A stretch of 64,000 nt of DNA from Octopus sinensis (Eukaryota). The DNA is taken from contig NC_043011.1 in the NCBI RefSeq assembly GCF_006345805.1, positions 18,922,464-18,986,463 of the forward strand, read 5' to 3'. Each line of letters opens with the position of its first letter. The stretch's first letter is position 1. The notes beneath the pieces are model-generated. The model did not search any database, had not been told where the DNA came from, and saw only the letters and a list, made by a program, of their open reading frames with translations. This document shows, piece by piece, positions 49,729 to 64,000 of the stretch. Made by a program: the position numbers and the translations under genes.

Positions 49729-52700
49729 ATATATATTAACACGGTTGTATAATAATATTTGACAAAATATATAAAATTAAATTGTAACTCTCTGGTTTTG
49801 ATTTTCTTTTCTTTTGTGAAATTCAGTAACTATCTTCGGAGACCAATTTATTTACAAATTGTATTAAATTATATTTGCAAGAAGCATTTTCCTTACAGCT
49901 AACAATAATTATTTATGGTTTTCTTCAAATTGTTACTGCGGTTTTTATCTCTGAAATGTTTTTATTTTTTTCTTTTCTTAATGTGTGCGTTTAATTAGTT
50001 AGGAAGGTATATTTACTTGATGTTTATTACTAGAACTTTTTTGAGTCAAATGTCACAATGTTTCAATTACTTGAATATTAATTGCAGTTCTCTTTAAATG
50101 AGGCAATTATATGAATAATAATGAAATTTGTTATATAATTTTATGTTACTGAAGCAGAAGAAAAATATTTTACATAAAATGTCCACCACTGAAATAGCTG
50201 TTTGAAATACGGTGGAAATTAACAGATTAAATTATTAATAGTGAGTTAGACATGTAATAAAGCTTCTGTTATTTTCAGCTAGTTGTTACCGCAATTGAAA
50301 TAGCTTTGATTTGATTCAAGTGTTCTGGGCTAATGCATGTATTGTGTATAGTGTGGTGTGTTGTGCTTTGACGGGATGAGCGTGTATTTATTTAATTCTA
50401 ACGGTCAATCTCTACATTTATATTTCCATACCTGATAGTGTTCCACTGATTTATAATTGTGCTTAATTTTTGTTGCAAAATATTATTTTATGTGCTGTCT
50501 TAATTAGTGTCATTCGGTTAAGCTTTCGTTGAGTTTTGTCTTATGTTCGAAGACACTTTTCATTATGAGACATGTTCACGAAGATGTCACTAAATTGAAA
50601 TGAATTTAATTGTTACTTTATTTGGGAATGATTTGTTAGTCTAAAAATTCCTGTGACTTCTTCGTCACATAATCCATCAATATGTTAATAGTGTTGGGTT
50701 AAATAATTAATATTTTTCATTGTACTGATTTTAAGGGAATATTCTTTAAAAATTGAATGCCGTACAGACACGCCTGCTCTAAATTACATCGGTCTTTGCC
50801 GTCGGACGGAAAGATCATTTCATAAATTTGAAAACAAGAAAGCGTCATCATTTAAAGAAGACCAAACATCATAGGTTTGATAGTTCGAAAATGAAGCGAA
50901 GCTTAAGATGTCATGCAAAACAAGAATTGGCTTTAATTTCTTTTAGTCAATAAATATGCTTAAACACCGGTAACACAAATCCAAATATGTACTGTTTGTG
51001 TTCTCCAGATATAATTCTTAATGAAATCATAGATATAAAACTTTGTAGTAATACTATAAGACGAGATTCATCGAGTAGCATTTCAAGGAATTTCCTTCAT
51101 CGAAACCAACCGATTTCGTACCGAATCTATTCAAGTACTGAATAAACTTTAATCCAAATGATCACACATTTGAATAAGGTAAGTGCTTATTATAATATAA
51201 ACATGGAGTTCTTATTTGAAAATGTAATTTCCAAAATAATCATTCAAGTTCCAAAACCATTATCAGTACGTATTAATTCAGTTTGAATTTACATAAGCTA
51301 ACATCAACATGCGATTCTTAGGTCTCAGCATTTTCCAAAATGCACTGGTTTCAAAATGTACTATGTAGTTTGCAAGCTAATGTTCATCTTCGTTACTGAA
51401 ATTAATTGCAATCTAGTATTTAACATATATTTCTAATAAAATGTGATATCTCAAAAACAGAGCTTAATATGATTTCATAAGGATAGTTGACATTAGTTTT
51501 GTCTCAAGTTTCAGAAAACTAAAACACTAACTTTAATAGAAACAGAAAGGGGCCGAAAATACTTACTCCAGTGCCAGGATTCGGAAAAAGCTCCCAGAAA
51601 TACTATTTCAAACTATTTTATGAAACGTTGAATACCTTTCCTTTGGGATGTGAAAATGGAAGAAAAGGGTAGTATAGAGGTAATTTATCAACTTATACAT
51701 GTTATATAACTGACTACCCTCTAAAGAAATTGCTTGATCACGGAAAGAGAAAAAATCGGTTAGTTGCTTATAGGTTTTGTTTATAATTACGAATTTTCCT
51801 ACAGATTCTATATTCATTAAATATAAGAATTGTTTCCGCAATAAACGCCCGTGTAATATAGAGCACATATTGAAATTACAAAACAATATCTATGCATACG
51901 ATTCTTCCATATTAATTCATACTGCAAAATAATATATTAAAGCATCTGTCATCTACTTAACATATATTACATTTAAGCAAATCCATGGTAAACATGTTCA
52001 ATTGTAATAAGAACTTCACCCTGTAATGCTTCTATGAAATAGTAATTGGAAATGTTGCAGCTGTAACATATATTTTCCGTTTAATGGCATTTCATGGGCT
52101 GTCCTCTCGACAACAATCTACGAATAGGTAGTCCAATAGCATTCGACCAAATATTCTACGATGAAAAATTAATAGATAAAATGTTAGGCACTGCATGGTT
52201 AGAACTGGATATTTTGTATTATGTTTTAAACAAGGCACTTAATCAAAGATACCAACATTGTAGTGGAATCCCTGCTTAGGAACTTCATAATACTTTTTCA
52301 CCATTTTCATTATTGCTTCTCAATCTATAGAAAAAAAGCATACTTACACACAAGCACATATGCGCGCTCGTACATACGACCATACATGCACACACACATA
52401 CGCATGTGTGTATGTGTGTAGGCTGTGTGTGTGTGTTTTATGTACGTATGCATAGAAAGTGAAAAATCAATCCTGGGCTGGAGAAAATTTGAAAACATAA
52501 ATTTATGACTGATAATATATTTGATGCTATAATTCTCCTATGTGCTTTTAACATCACCTTGCCGAAAAATGTGACGCCTAGAAAACATAGATGTTTGAAT
52601 TAAAAATTCGTATGCACATTTAGAGACAACAATGAAATTCGAAAGATATCGACCCGTATGTCTTTCGTTAAGGTTTAATATTTCAGGCAAACATAAAAAA

Positions 52701-54536
52701 TTAAAATTGTACACATAGAAAATGAATGATAGGAAGATTTTGTATTCTTTCTAATGGAAAGTGTGAATAGTACATATCAGGTGATGTACATCTTTTTTCC
52801 TTTTAAAATAGAATGTATATGATGTATGTTTTAATGTATTTGAAAAAGTTTTATACTTTTCTGTAAATTGTGAGTTCAGACAAAAGATTCCTTTCTTGCT
52901 TTAGATAACAAAACATAAAAGATATTTCTCGAGAAGCACGCTCCATATACTATGAAATTTACAAGATGCAGAAGAATGATAGCATTCTTATTTATCTTTA
53001 CTTAAAAAAGAAGAATATGTTTCTTATATTTCCTAAAAGAGATATATTCTTTTGCAGAATATAAAAGATCCAGAAAGTCTAGTGTTACATGTATATATGA
53101 CGTTATTAAAATTAAATTTCTTAGAGCTTCAGTAAAAAAAAAACGACTAGAGAAGGTTTTATAATTTACGTAAAGTGATCTGTTTAAGATTCATAGCACA
53201 ACGACTGAGAAACAATGTTTTTGCTCGACATATTAAGCTAGAAAACATCTGTTGTCCAAGAATTAACCTTAAGAACATGAAACAAATTATTGTCAAGGAG
53301 AGTGACCATGATTGAATCTGGCATAATAACAATGTTTGAACTTTCTAGAGATGCTTTAGTACATTATATTCACAAAACTTAAGTAATACGCAGATGAGGT
53401 TGAATAATAGATGTTCATCTTCATCTGTTCGTGTTTTATAGGCTAGAAATTTTCAATTCCTCCTATGTACTCATTCGAGCTGTAGAAATTGGATTGCGTT
53501 CTTCATTGCAAAAATTAATTCCTGACTTTAAAAAAATGCATAGCTTCCTCAAAAGACATCCTTTCGTAAAGCTGAGTGACGTCCCCAATGAAAATCTTTC
53601 ATGGAGTCTATCGTCTGGCCATGGGCACTGTACAGATCATTATGACAGAAAACACACATACGGGAGTTGTTCATTAAAGATTTCCTCTGACCTCCCGCTC
53701 AAGGACTGGGACAAACGAAATTTGGTATAATTACTAGTCCTTCTCTAACTAAGCTTCACCAATGGTGACACACTTCCCCCAAAGCTTTATGGAGCTGTGA
53801 AGACTACGTTTGTAGAAGTCGGTAGGTTGTGTCTGGACCTAATAATATAGACACGGCTGTTACCTGCGCAATCTTATTAATTAGTCTAAAGTTGTCAGCC
53901 CATATATCACCGACAATATATTTATATCTTTATAACAAATTTTGTAAACCTACGCAGAATAAGTCAAGTACACAATAGCAATTTGATTGACCTTTTAAAA
54001 TGCTCACCAATAACAATCACGGCGCATCCTAGCAGATGTCATATAATTTCCTAGAACAGAAATAACAGTAACCTCTTTACAAATGATGTTTCAAATTATT
54101 TTGTCATAATATATCAACCACACCTTTATTTAGATCCACGCCGCTTCTGACATTACGAAATTTAGCACTCATACAACCCAATTTGATAAACCTAGAAGTA
54201 AGACAATGAGGGTGAACATTTGGGGCACTGTAGCTTTCCCTTTAACAACACATTGCATTGCAAAATATATGGTATATATATATATATGTATGCGTTTATA
54301 TATTCATTGTACGAGATTCTTAATGTAAATGCATGTGTTAAAACAGATATTGCGTGTATTTTGGGATGGTTATGTTGCTGTTGCCAGTTTAGCCAATAAA
54401 CACACATGAAATATATATTTGGTGTTTACTTGCTTCAGCTTTATTTCATATTTTTTAAATAAAGCAAATATATATTGCGTGTGTTTCTATAGGCTAAGCT
54501 GGCAACATGACCATCCCCAAATACAACAATATATAG

Positions 54537-54580
<44 letters not shown>

Positions 54581-55042
54581 CTGTATGTATAAGGCAGAAA
54601 AAACAGCAAGCAGGGAAGTGGAGTGAGAAACAGCATGCAAGGTGAAGAGCAAACTTGATTTGATACTTTTCACTGTTAGCATTTTTTAACAGGTAACATT
54701 TGTTTCAGATGCTCCATTGGAATTTCACCAATTCGGATTATCTTTATAATGTATTGACATAAGTTTTCGTAGGTATTATTATTAATTTTGATAATATTGT
54801 ATGTATATAAATATATATGTCTGTTTGTGTATTTATTTTTTTAAATCTTTAAGCGCTCCCTCGCTAACTGTTGTCATATTTCGATAGTTTTGGTTGTGAA
54901 TTTGCGATTTCTGCCTGCTATAACAAAACAGGTTTGATGCGTTGAGAGTCTTTATGTTTAGTACTAGTTTTAAAGCTATATAATGCTATTTACAAACCTG
55001 GTACCGCTTATATTATTTTGTTTTTATTATCAATTATTTATA

Positions 55043-55280
55043 TTCCCCTGCACTTCTTGCAATTTCGTCTACTTCATCTGCTGCTCTCTCTGCCCTTCTC
55101 TATATATCGGTTCGCGGAACACCTCCGAGACATCCGACTCTGCAATAACACCGCGGTCTCGAACCATTTCCGATCTAACGGTCACTCTTTGCAACATTTG
55201 TCTGTGACTGGATTGTCTTCGCCGTGAACAGGGATTGATCTTCTCTCTTCGCTCCTTTGCGACAGATGGGCTCAAATCTC
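55043..55280 (+). mobile_element. PLE GIY-YIG endonuclease fragment
   Basis: FPCTSCNFVYFICCSLCPSLYIG, then shifted frames RFAEHLRDIRLCNNTAVSNHFRSNGHSLQHLSVTGL and REQGLIFSL...DGLK. Confidence 0.85.
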
Positions 55281-55479
55281 CACTGCTCTTCATCTAACTC
55301 TCCTCCCCCTTCTCTTCTTCTCACACCTACTTCCTCCCACCAATCTCTTCTCTCTTGCTCCCATTCCTACTCCTCTTTCACAACTACTCTCGTTCTGTCT
55401 TTTCTTCACTCCTCCCCACCATCTCCCTTCCCCCTCTCCCTTTATCGTCACCCTCCCTTGTAACCACATCCGTACACAG

Positions 55480-57290
55480 TGCAACCCCATCTTTCCTATC
55501 CATCGCATCACACTCCACCCCATCCCTTACAACCACTCACACATACCCCACATCTACCCCCACCCTGAGGCTAATCCACATCCCACTCTCGCCTGCTCCA
55601 CGTCCAGCACCAGCAAACCACACCACACTACACCCACTACACCACACAACACCACATCACATCACACCACCATGCACACCCTAGCACTGACAACTTCCCA
55701 GCCCCATACCATCATCCACACACCTACACATGCACACACTCACAGGTCAAGGTCACCATCCCTCTTCAACACGCACATACATTCTCTCTTATACATACGC
55801 ACTCGCACCTTTGTTTTGGGATCACCACTATTTTATTATCCTCCAAATTCCAAGTTTTCCCACTGTACGTTTGCCCAGATAGCCGCACTGACCAAACACG
55901 AATAAATACAGAAAGCATTTTTAATCGAAAGTACAGAGCACAGTTACACGTCCTGTAATATAATAAAAAATATTTGGACTATTGACTGCTGTCGGAACAA
56001 CTAGGCAATACCCACTATACGCATTCACTCACAAACATAATATCCCTGTCTTCCAGGAACAAACAGCCATAACAAACACACACAGACATACACATATATA
56101 GACACGTATACACACAATCATACATGGACACACACAGACACATACGCAGATACACACACACACAAATACAATATAACCCATGCATTCAGACACGCATACA
56201 CACACGCACACACACAAACACAATATCCACAATAACACAAACACACGCATTACAGATTATCAGTGACAAAAAATAAGCTGACAGACACACATATATATGC
56301 ACATGCAAGGCACATAAACGTACAGTCTTTTACATGCACGTACACACACTGCAGTGACAAACACAAATCACATACACATACACACACACTCACCGCTCAG
56401 ATTAATACAAATAACACACATGCATACATACACAAGCACACACATACAGACGTACGCGTGCACACAGGGCCTTGAGAAACACAACACACATAAATCTGAA
56501 AAATATAACACACACATACACACACATGCACACGTAGACAGAAATACACACATGCACACACCACCCCGATAAATGCAAAGCACACACACATGCACACGCA
56601 CACATATATACACACGCGTGCCCACTTGCACAAGCGCACACCACGCTAGCAAATGCTACCTACACATATACACACGCACACATACGCACCCATACATGCA
56701 CACCCACGGACACACACACAGCGCCCTTACAGATATAACTCACACAAACAGAAGCATACACACTTACACACATATACACGACCCGGATAATTATAGCATA
56801 CACACATACAGACACACGCACGTACACAGACTCACACTCACATGCCTACCTGCACGCACATGCAACACATACATACAGTCGCACAGAGAAGCGTACACAC
56901 ACAGACGTACACATACGCCTTAGAAAACGCAACACACGTATACACATGCACACACATATACGCATCACGCATACGCACAGATACCCCATCCCGACAAACG
57001 TAACACACATACACAAACTGCTGCATACACATGTACACACAGAGTACCCTAATAAATATATACATATGCACACACACATCGCTTTGACAAACGCATAGAC
57101 ACGCGTGCAGACACGAACACATACGTAGACACACACATACGTAGACACGAAACACACACACAGACACACAGATAGAACACGCCCATAGAAGCACATCGTT
57201 ACACACATGCATACACACAAACGTATACTCGCTATTTGCACTTCTCAGGAAAATCCCACACAAATACACTTACACACAAGTGCACACTAT
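55480..57290. repeat. Long degenerate CA-rich low-complexity tract
   Basis: Directly visible; densest at 56040-57290. Confidence 0.9.
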
Positions 57291-58879
57291 TATTTACTCA
57301 TTAATCATATATATATAAACCCCAAGACACAAGACAAAACAACTGGACCAGCTCAACAACCAAGCCTTTCTCGGCTCCTCAACAAATATTCAACAGCAGA
57401 ACTATCGTGAACTTCTTTTTGATCATGTGACTGTCATCAACCACCCATACTGTTTTTTAAAGAGAAAACAGTTCTAAGCCACCTTTTTTTAAATAAAAAC
57501 AGAACCATCTTTTGATCAAATAACTGCCGTCAACTCACCAAATTGTTTTTTTTTTAAATAAGGCAATTTTGAGCCACCATTTCTTCATGAAAATGTAGTA
57601 GGAACTGTTTAATTCCATCCAGATGCGAGACACTAGAGCAAGATCCGAAAACTATAAATTGACTTATTTTTTTGCACACATTTTTAAAAATTTAAGATGC
57701 TGCAAACAGCCATGGTTTCTGATCACATTGAAACTAAAAGTTTGACACCCACTGATTGACAATCTAAACGAGTTTTATCTTCTTGTCGAAGACTCTATTA
57801 AATGATTTGGATATATTTGTCTAAACTAATTTTTACCTCCTTATCATTATTAACTGATCTAAATGTTTTCATGATACACAAAGCGTCATACTTTTTTTGT
57901 CATTGTCAAACACTCAATCAACTGATTAGAATACATTTATGTACACTAATTTTTGAATATTTATGCATATATATTCCCATGTCTATGTACACAATGTTTC
58001 TACATATGCAACTACACGTGAACACATACATAGAAATACATGCATGCATACGTATGTGTGTATATGTGTATGTATGTACGCATTATGTGATAGAGAATGT
58101 GATGTCTAGAAACGTCCTTCGGGATATGTTAGTATAAAAATTGAGAGATAATGGCATAATGTAGCTTATGCAATTAATGAATTACATCAACTGATAATGG
58201 GGAAAAAGTTATAGGCTACAATATAGTGAAAGTTAACAGTAAAAAATAATTACTTGTACAAATCCATTATTGCAACTATAAACAAACTACTGATTTGAGA
58301 CTGCTTAACATCACTTCAAAATGGCCAATGTGTCAAAATGATTTGTGTTTCAGTATGTTTATATCTGGTATTTCCTGTTTACGAACGCATGTGATGTATG
58401 TAGAACGTTATATCTATTTTGTAAACGCTCAGTCCGAATATATATATATGAATAAATAATATACATATGCATGCACGCACAGTTATACAGTTAAACACAC
58501 GCACATACACGTACACCCCCCCCCCACATATATATATATATATACATTAAAACATGCACATATACATGCAAACAAACATTTGCATACATGGAATCAGGCC
58601 GAGATGATTAATGCCATACATTCATAATTGTTAGTATATGCATGTTATTATATATATATATATATATATGTGTGTGTATGCATATATATATATATATGTA
58701 TATATACATACATATACAGCGGTGGTACCCCATCATGGCTGCGGCCTTCGGGCTAAAACATTTTTCAGGATTTTAAGATTTATATATGCATATATATATT
58801 ATTAAGCAGGACGTCAAATATTAAAGCAAGGCAAATATCTCGAGTCATATACAGTATCATTACAGGAAGAAATTCAAAA

Positions 58880-58933
58880 TCTTACAGCTGTTTCTTGGAT
58901 TACCTTGGGCATGGGATATTCCGTCGTCAGAGA
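58880..58933 (-). ncRNA. Minimal type I hammerhead motif at the end of a probable PLE tail (about 58800-58933)
   Basis: Minus: tct CTGACGA c GGAATA-loop-TAATCC aa GAAAC AGCT GT A aga. Palindromic helix III ACAGCUGU, GUA triplet, imperfect helix II. Confidence 0.6.
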
Positions 58934-58968
58934 GAGAGAGAGAGAGAGAGAGTGAGAGAGAGAAAGAG

Positions 58969-59107
58969 AAAGGTTTAGTTCAAGTAGAACATTTTGAGGG
59001 GTTCAAAAGTTAGATTTCTAATAAATATTCTTCATATCAAAGGTTTAATTCAAGTAGAACATTTTGAGGGTTCAAAAGTTAGATTTCTAATAAATATTCT
59101 TCATATC
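58969..59107. repeat. Tandem duplication, 70 + 69 bp
   Basis: 58969-59038 and 59039-59107 differ by one substitution and one 1-nt indel. Confidence 0.92.
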
Positions 59108-60430
59108 AAAGTAGTTGCTTGCTAAAGCAAGTATTTGAAATATGATATGAAAATATGACAAAAGTGAGGTATGAGTATTTATAGTATATAATCCTATATA
59201 AAGTCAACTAATATTTAAAAATTGGAGTAAAGATGTTAAAGGTTTTTACAAAGTTAGGCCATCCGATCGTTTCGAATGATAATACCAACTTGTAAGAAAC
59301 ATGGGAAAATTAAATTAACTATAATAATAATAAAATAATTAAATTAAATTAAAATAATTTAATTAATTAAATATTACCATTTTCCTCAATGAAAAAAATT
59401 AAGGAAACATCAAAAAAGGCATTAAGAAACGAATATTACAATGAAACTATAGAGAGCCCAATATCGGTAGGATATTCGTATAAAAAGTTTGAGAAAGAGG
59501 AAAACAGAGATATAAGAACATGCATGTGTAGGGTCGAGTTTATCTGTGCAAGTACTTGTTCTTACACAGTCGATAAATTGAATATGCATAGAACATGTTG
59601 TATGAGGCAGAATGTGATATTCAAGAAACAGTTGTAACTAACATGAATGAATAAAGGTTTGTGATACTCTTTCTCCTCTAATTTCTATTATATTTCTCCT
59701 CTAATTTCTATTATATAAAGGGATTAATGTACCCCAACTTCTAATTTTAAATGTACCAAAACTTTAAATTTTTAAATAACTGCGGATTTACAGTTTGAAT
59801 CAGTTCCGCATTCTTGCTGAAAAGTAAGAGATTACTATATCGTAGCATTTTGATTATTAGGTAATTCGCCAAGTCTACTAACTAGTGTTGCAAAACATTT
59901 TAAATTCTTCCGTGATCACAAATCTCCAAAATTATTCCTTCTTAAAATATTTACTGACTCTAGTTTCTACCAATATCTATCATTTAGTGGAGTCAGTTCA
60001 TTATTAAACATAAGCAACTGGTTCATTTTTCCAAGTAAAAATTTTACAAGTTCACTCATTATTTTCCTACGGAACATCCAGTGACACGACGCTGGTATTT
60101 TCCTCGTGTGTATTCCCTCGATTCGATCTATATTACAGCATAATTTGACTTTTTTCCTATAAGAAAATAATTAATATTATGCATTACAGTACACTTCTAT
60201 AATCTCAGCAAAATATAACGCACATTATGTATTCAGAGATATATGTTATGCTAAATATGTTAAGGAACTTAATCCAACAGTACTTAAAGGGAGTCTCGTT
60301 CAAGGCTGGTTCATGTTGAGCAGAATGTATAAATTACATTTCTTTAGCTTTCGTTTCTTCTTGAATTAATTAGAAGAAAAATTTCAAGATTATTCATTTC
60401 AATGATAATGATTGTTTCAACTAATGCACA

Positions 60431-60504
<74 letters not shown>

Positions 60505-60506
<2 letters not shown>

Positions 60507-61030
60507 TATACATATAAAATACAGGCAGTTAGGTGATACAAAACAGGACAACAAAACATCCAGATAGACGGTACAAAGGAAACAAAGACGGGTCATTCGG
60601 AGTTTACTTTCCTCAGTGAAGTTACAGATCATCTTTGCGATTTCGACTGGCTATACTCGAGATTGCTCCAATCTTGTAAGCTCCAAGGGAATATTAAGTT
60701 AAGAGCATTAGATCACTTGGAAGAAAGCACCGAATGTATACGAAACCAAGGACGGAAAAAACGGAGAATGTTACACAAATACTAATAACAGGGCATAACA
60801 ACATGTGTCTTTCGATATACAGGTGATTTAAATGAAGCTGGCGTGTGTGGAAATAAAGTTTTACAGCAGGGATACAAGTTTTCAAAGGTACAGGCAGGTT
60901 GCACGGACGACGGCCGAACCAAGAAAGAAAGATCAAGCTTGGTAGAACACAGCTCATGTGGGGAGAGAAGAGAGAGATGTAGAGGCAGAGGGACAGAAGA
61001 ATTAAGAAGGGGCGATAATAAATGAAACGG
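60505..61030 (-). mobile_element. Probable PLE pLTR/tail with decayed hammerhead
   Basis: Minus 60683-60635: CTTACAA GATTGG-17 nt-CCAGTC GAAA (6-bp helix II, two core substitutions). Downstream part is homologous to 26640-26790; ends at a microsatellite. Confidence 0.45.
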
Positions 61031-61251
61031 ACACCGTGAAGTATATAGCGGCGTACGTATACTTTCGTCTCTTATATGTAAGTATATATTTATCTAAATC
61101 TTGTACGATTCTATTCTTTCTTTCAATCAGCTCTTTCACGCTTATTCGTTCATTCCACTCTCCATTCTTTTGTTTCCCCTCTCCCACATTTCCCTGCCTT
61201 CTCTTCTTGCTCACTTTCCCTACTTTTTTCACTTCACTATATACATATATA

Positions 61252-61298
<47 letters not shown>

Positions 61299-61720
61299 TA
61301 TGTTTATGTTTATATTTACAGACACATAAATACATATATAAATACATGCACGTATATAGGTATGTATGTATGTATATATGTATCTATGTATATGTTAGAT
61401 GTATATATGAGTTCGTATATATCGATATCTTCATATCTTCCTTACCTTTAGTTAGTCTCGAAATAACACCGCATTGGCAAAGTTTATTCATCATTGTTCT
61501 CTGTTAAAATGTGTCATCTTTTTAAATCGAGTGTGAAAAAGTATTTCGTTTCAATAGTTAACAAAACGTATCTTTTGCTGAAGCATTATATTTTCTGAAC
61601 ATAAGCATAAAATGTCTGCCAAAAGATCAACATATGAATTTAACGCAATTTAACTCAGAGGAAACACTTTTACTAAACGAAAAACACATTTCCTGTATAC
61701 AACTTCACACAATTTTACTA

Positions 61721-61803
61721 CTACTACTAGTAGTAGTAGTAGCAGTAATAGTGGTGGTGGTGGTTGCAGTAGTAGTAGTAGCAGTAACAGTAGTGGTAGT
61801 AGC

Positions 61804-61840
<37 letters not shown>

Positions 61841-61860
61841 ATATAATAATAATAATAATA
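61721..61860. repeat. (TAG)n/(TGG)n/(TAA)n trinucleotide array
   Basis: Directly visible. Confidence 0.93.
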
Positions 61861-63024
61861 TCTTTTGAACCAAGTTGCCTACGACTACTGAGTTTGTGTT
61901 ATAAAACCACATTTCACCTATATAATAGTTATGTATGCATTTAAATTAACAAATAATAACCACGACAATCAATGAAAACAAACTAACATATTAAATAATA
62001 AATAACTGGATACCCTGTAGCTTACTACGATATATGATCAGGTACTCTCTCTTTCTTCTGATATTATGAAATATACCTTTCCTATTTTCTATTATCGAAT
62101 CTCTATAATATAAATGAAGGATAGTATACTAATAACAATATTCGTGTTTCCGTACACACTACTTATAATTTTAATAAGAACAATTCTATTTCAGGTACAT
62201 ACTTCTTCCTCTCACAAGCATATTTGTATACCATCTATACTTTATCTCTATTTTTATTTAACCTCCTAGTTTATTATGTTCCTTTACCAGGGAAATAACA
62301 TTCGGGCAAGTTACTATCATTCCATAATTATTAGACCTAACCATCGAAGTTCAATTCAAACTCACTCCTCCATAACCAGCATCACCGAGATTACCCTAAA
62401 TTCCGAATGATATCTCACCTCACCTGTATTCAAATCTTAATTTTTAACAGGGGTATAGTGCCCTCGCATCTGTATTTAATTGCCTCTATACCCTTTGTCC
62501 CTCAGACACTATCTCACCCTCGACATGCCCTCATACACTATCTCACTCACAACAACATACATAGCACATGCTGTCTTATCCAATAGACTTCACTTCTAGA
62601 TATTCATCCCTTGAATCACAGGGTAATAATAGTAAAACACGTAACTAAATATATATAATTACCTACAGTTTATTTTCAGCCGTTGATAACGAGCCACTTA
62701 TTTGTCTCCAACCTATATCCAGACCGGCAACTAGCAAGGGTGTTTATAAATCGCACCTCATCCCCACTCACTAACTAAATTCCTAATAAACTTCCACATA
62801 TTTAATAGGTCTGCTTTCTTCCATTCAAAGCTGGCTTCGGCTGGCCAATTTCCATGTTGCCACTGAACGAATGGATTGTCTTTCAATTGCTTTGAAATTT
62901 TATGGAACATCAGATCAATACGATTTTTGCACTACGATGAAACGAACTCACTCATCAAATAAAAAAAATGTCTAAGAAACAGATTTAATGAACTGACACT
63001 TATCTATCATCTGTTATTTTTCCT

Positions 63025-63165
<141 letters not shown>

Positions 63166-63689
63166 TATACACAAATTACTATAATAATAATTTTGTATTT
63201 TTCTCTGTCACAACATTCAATTGAAAAAGGAAAGAGGAATAAGGAAGAAAGGGTTAATGGTTCAATGGTAATGGGATGATGGAAATTCTACGGTGAAAAA
63301 ATTAACGTTTAAAGTGTGTGCGAGTATATGGGTGTGTATGTAAAAAGGAGTTATGTGAATATTTGTGTGTGTGTGTGTGTGTGAGTGTGTGTGTGTGTGT
63401 ATGTGTTTGTGTGTGCATTGGAAGTGAGATGGTGAACAGTCAACGCTGGAGACGAAAATCAAATATAGTTTGATCTCTGTTTGTGTATATGTGCGTATGT
63501 GTGTGTGTGTACAAGGGAAGTTTGCGAATGCTTGCACATATGAACCCGCATTCTTTCAGTAATATACAGTATAATTAGCTGTCATTTTTTACGGAACGGG
63601 AGCAGCTAGTATGATAATATATCATAATAATAGATGTACTCCGATTAGAGCGGTATTGCCTAAAGAATTGACTGAAAATGGTGAGCTAA

Positions 63690-63760
63690 GTCATGCTAGA
63701 ATCGAACCCACAACGCTAACACGGCTCGTTGGGCATCCGATTGAGTCATCCGTTCAGCGA
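63690..63760 (-). mobile_element. Possible decayed tRNA-derived SINE head
   Basis: Minus strand has ggatgactcaatcgg (A-box-like) and ggttcgattct (B-box-like) at tRNA-like spacing; no second copy in the window. Confidence 0.3.
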
Positions 63761-64000
63761 TAAATTTCAGTCAAAATTTATCTATTTTGTAGTACAAATG
63801 ATATTGTAAACAAGCCCGGAGGCTTGAGAAGTTACGGAGAAAGAGTGACTCCGAAAGATTTTTATTGCAAAAAATTTCTATATAATAATCTATTTATCTA
63901 GGATGGGTAAAACACCCGAGATACAGTCAAATATCTAATAGATACTTCACAGTTAAGTGTCTATACATAACATTTAGTAGTACGTATAATATTGTAAACA

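Noticed and set aside
53388-53432. Hairpin as a possible pre-miRNA
   Set aside because: Only about 45 nt with about 16 pairs; too short, and no expression evidence.
53431-53730. 99-aa ORF after a plausible splice acceptor (also ORF 52094-52279)
   Set aside because: No recognisable domain or partner exon; length is compatible with chance.

Overview
AT-rich, microsatellite-saturated eukaryotic DNA. I infer it is intergenic or intronic sequence of a coleoid cephalopod, probably Octopus, from the repeat families I recognise; this is not verified. No intact host gene, rRNA, true tRNA gene or CRISPR array is recognisable, and most listed ORFs are translations of (TA)n, (CA)n, (TACA)n or (AAT)n tracts. 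The window contains decayed mobile elements: two R4/Dong-type non-LTR retrotransposon relics, each abutting a (TAA)n array; four mariner relics (two full length with TIRs) and one DD41D (rosa/Visitor-type) transposase fragment; at least four Penelope-like element (PLE) pieces with GIY-YIG and/or RT motifs; and several tRNA-derived SINE families. It also has an unusual density of hammerhead ribozyme (HHR) motifs from about five unrelated sequence families. The most striking object is a 419-bp nested palindrome at 7128-7546 carrying four hammerhead cores, two per strand. Its predicted cleavage sites excise a 290-nt unit that would close into a fully base-paired rod-shaped circle, an architecture like a retrozyme or viroid-like RNA. 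A second notable object is a tRNA-headed SINE-like element ending in a PLE-type hammerhead (about 33150-33500). All motif calls were made by eye; none was confirmed by database search or folding software.
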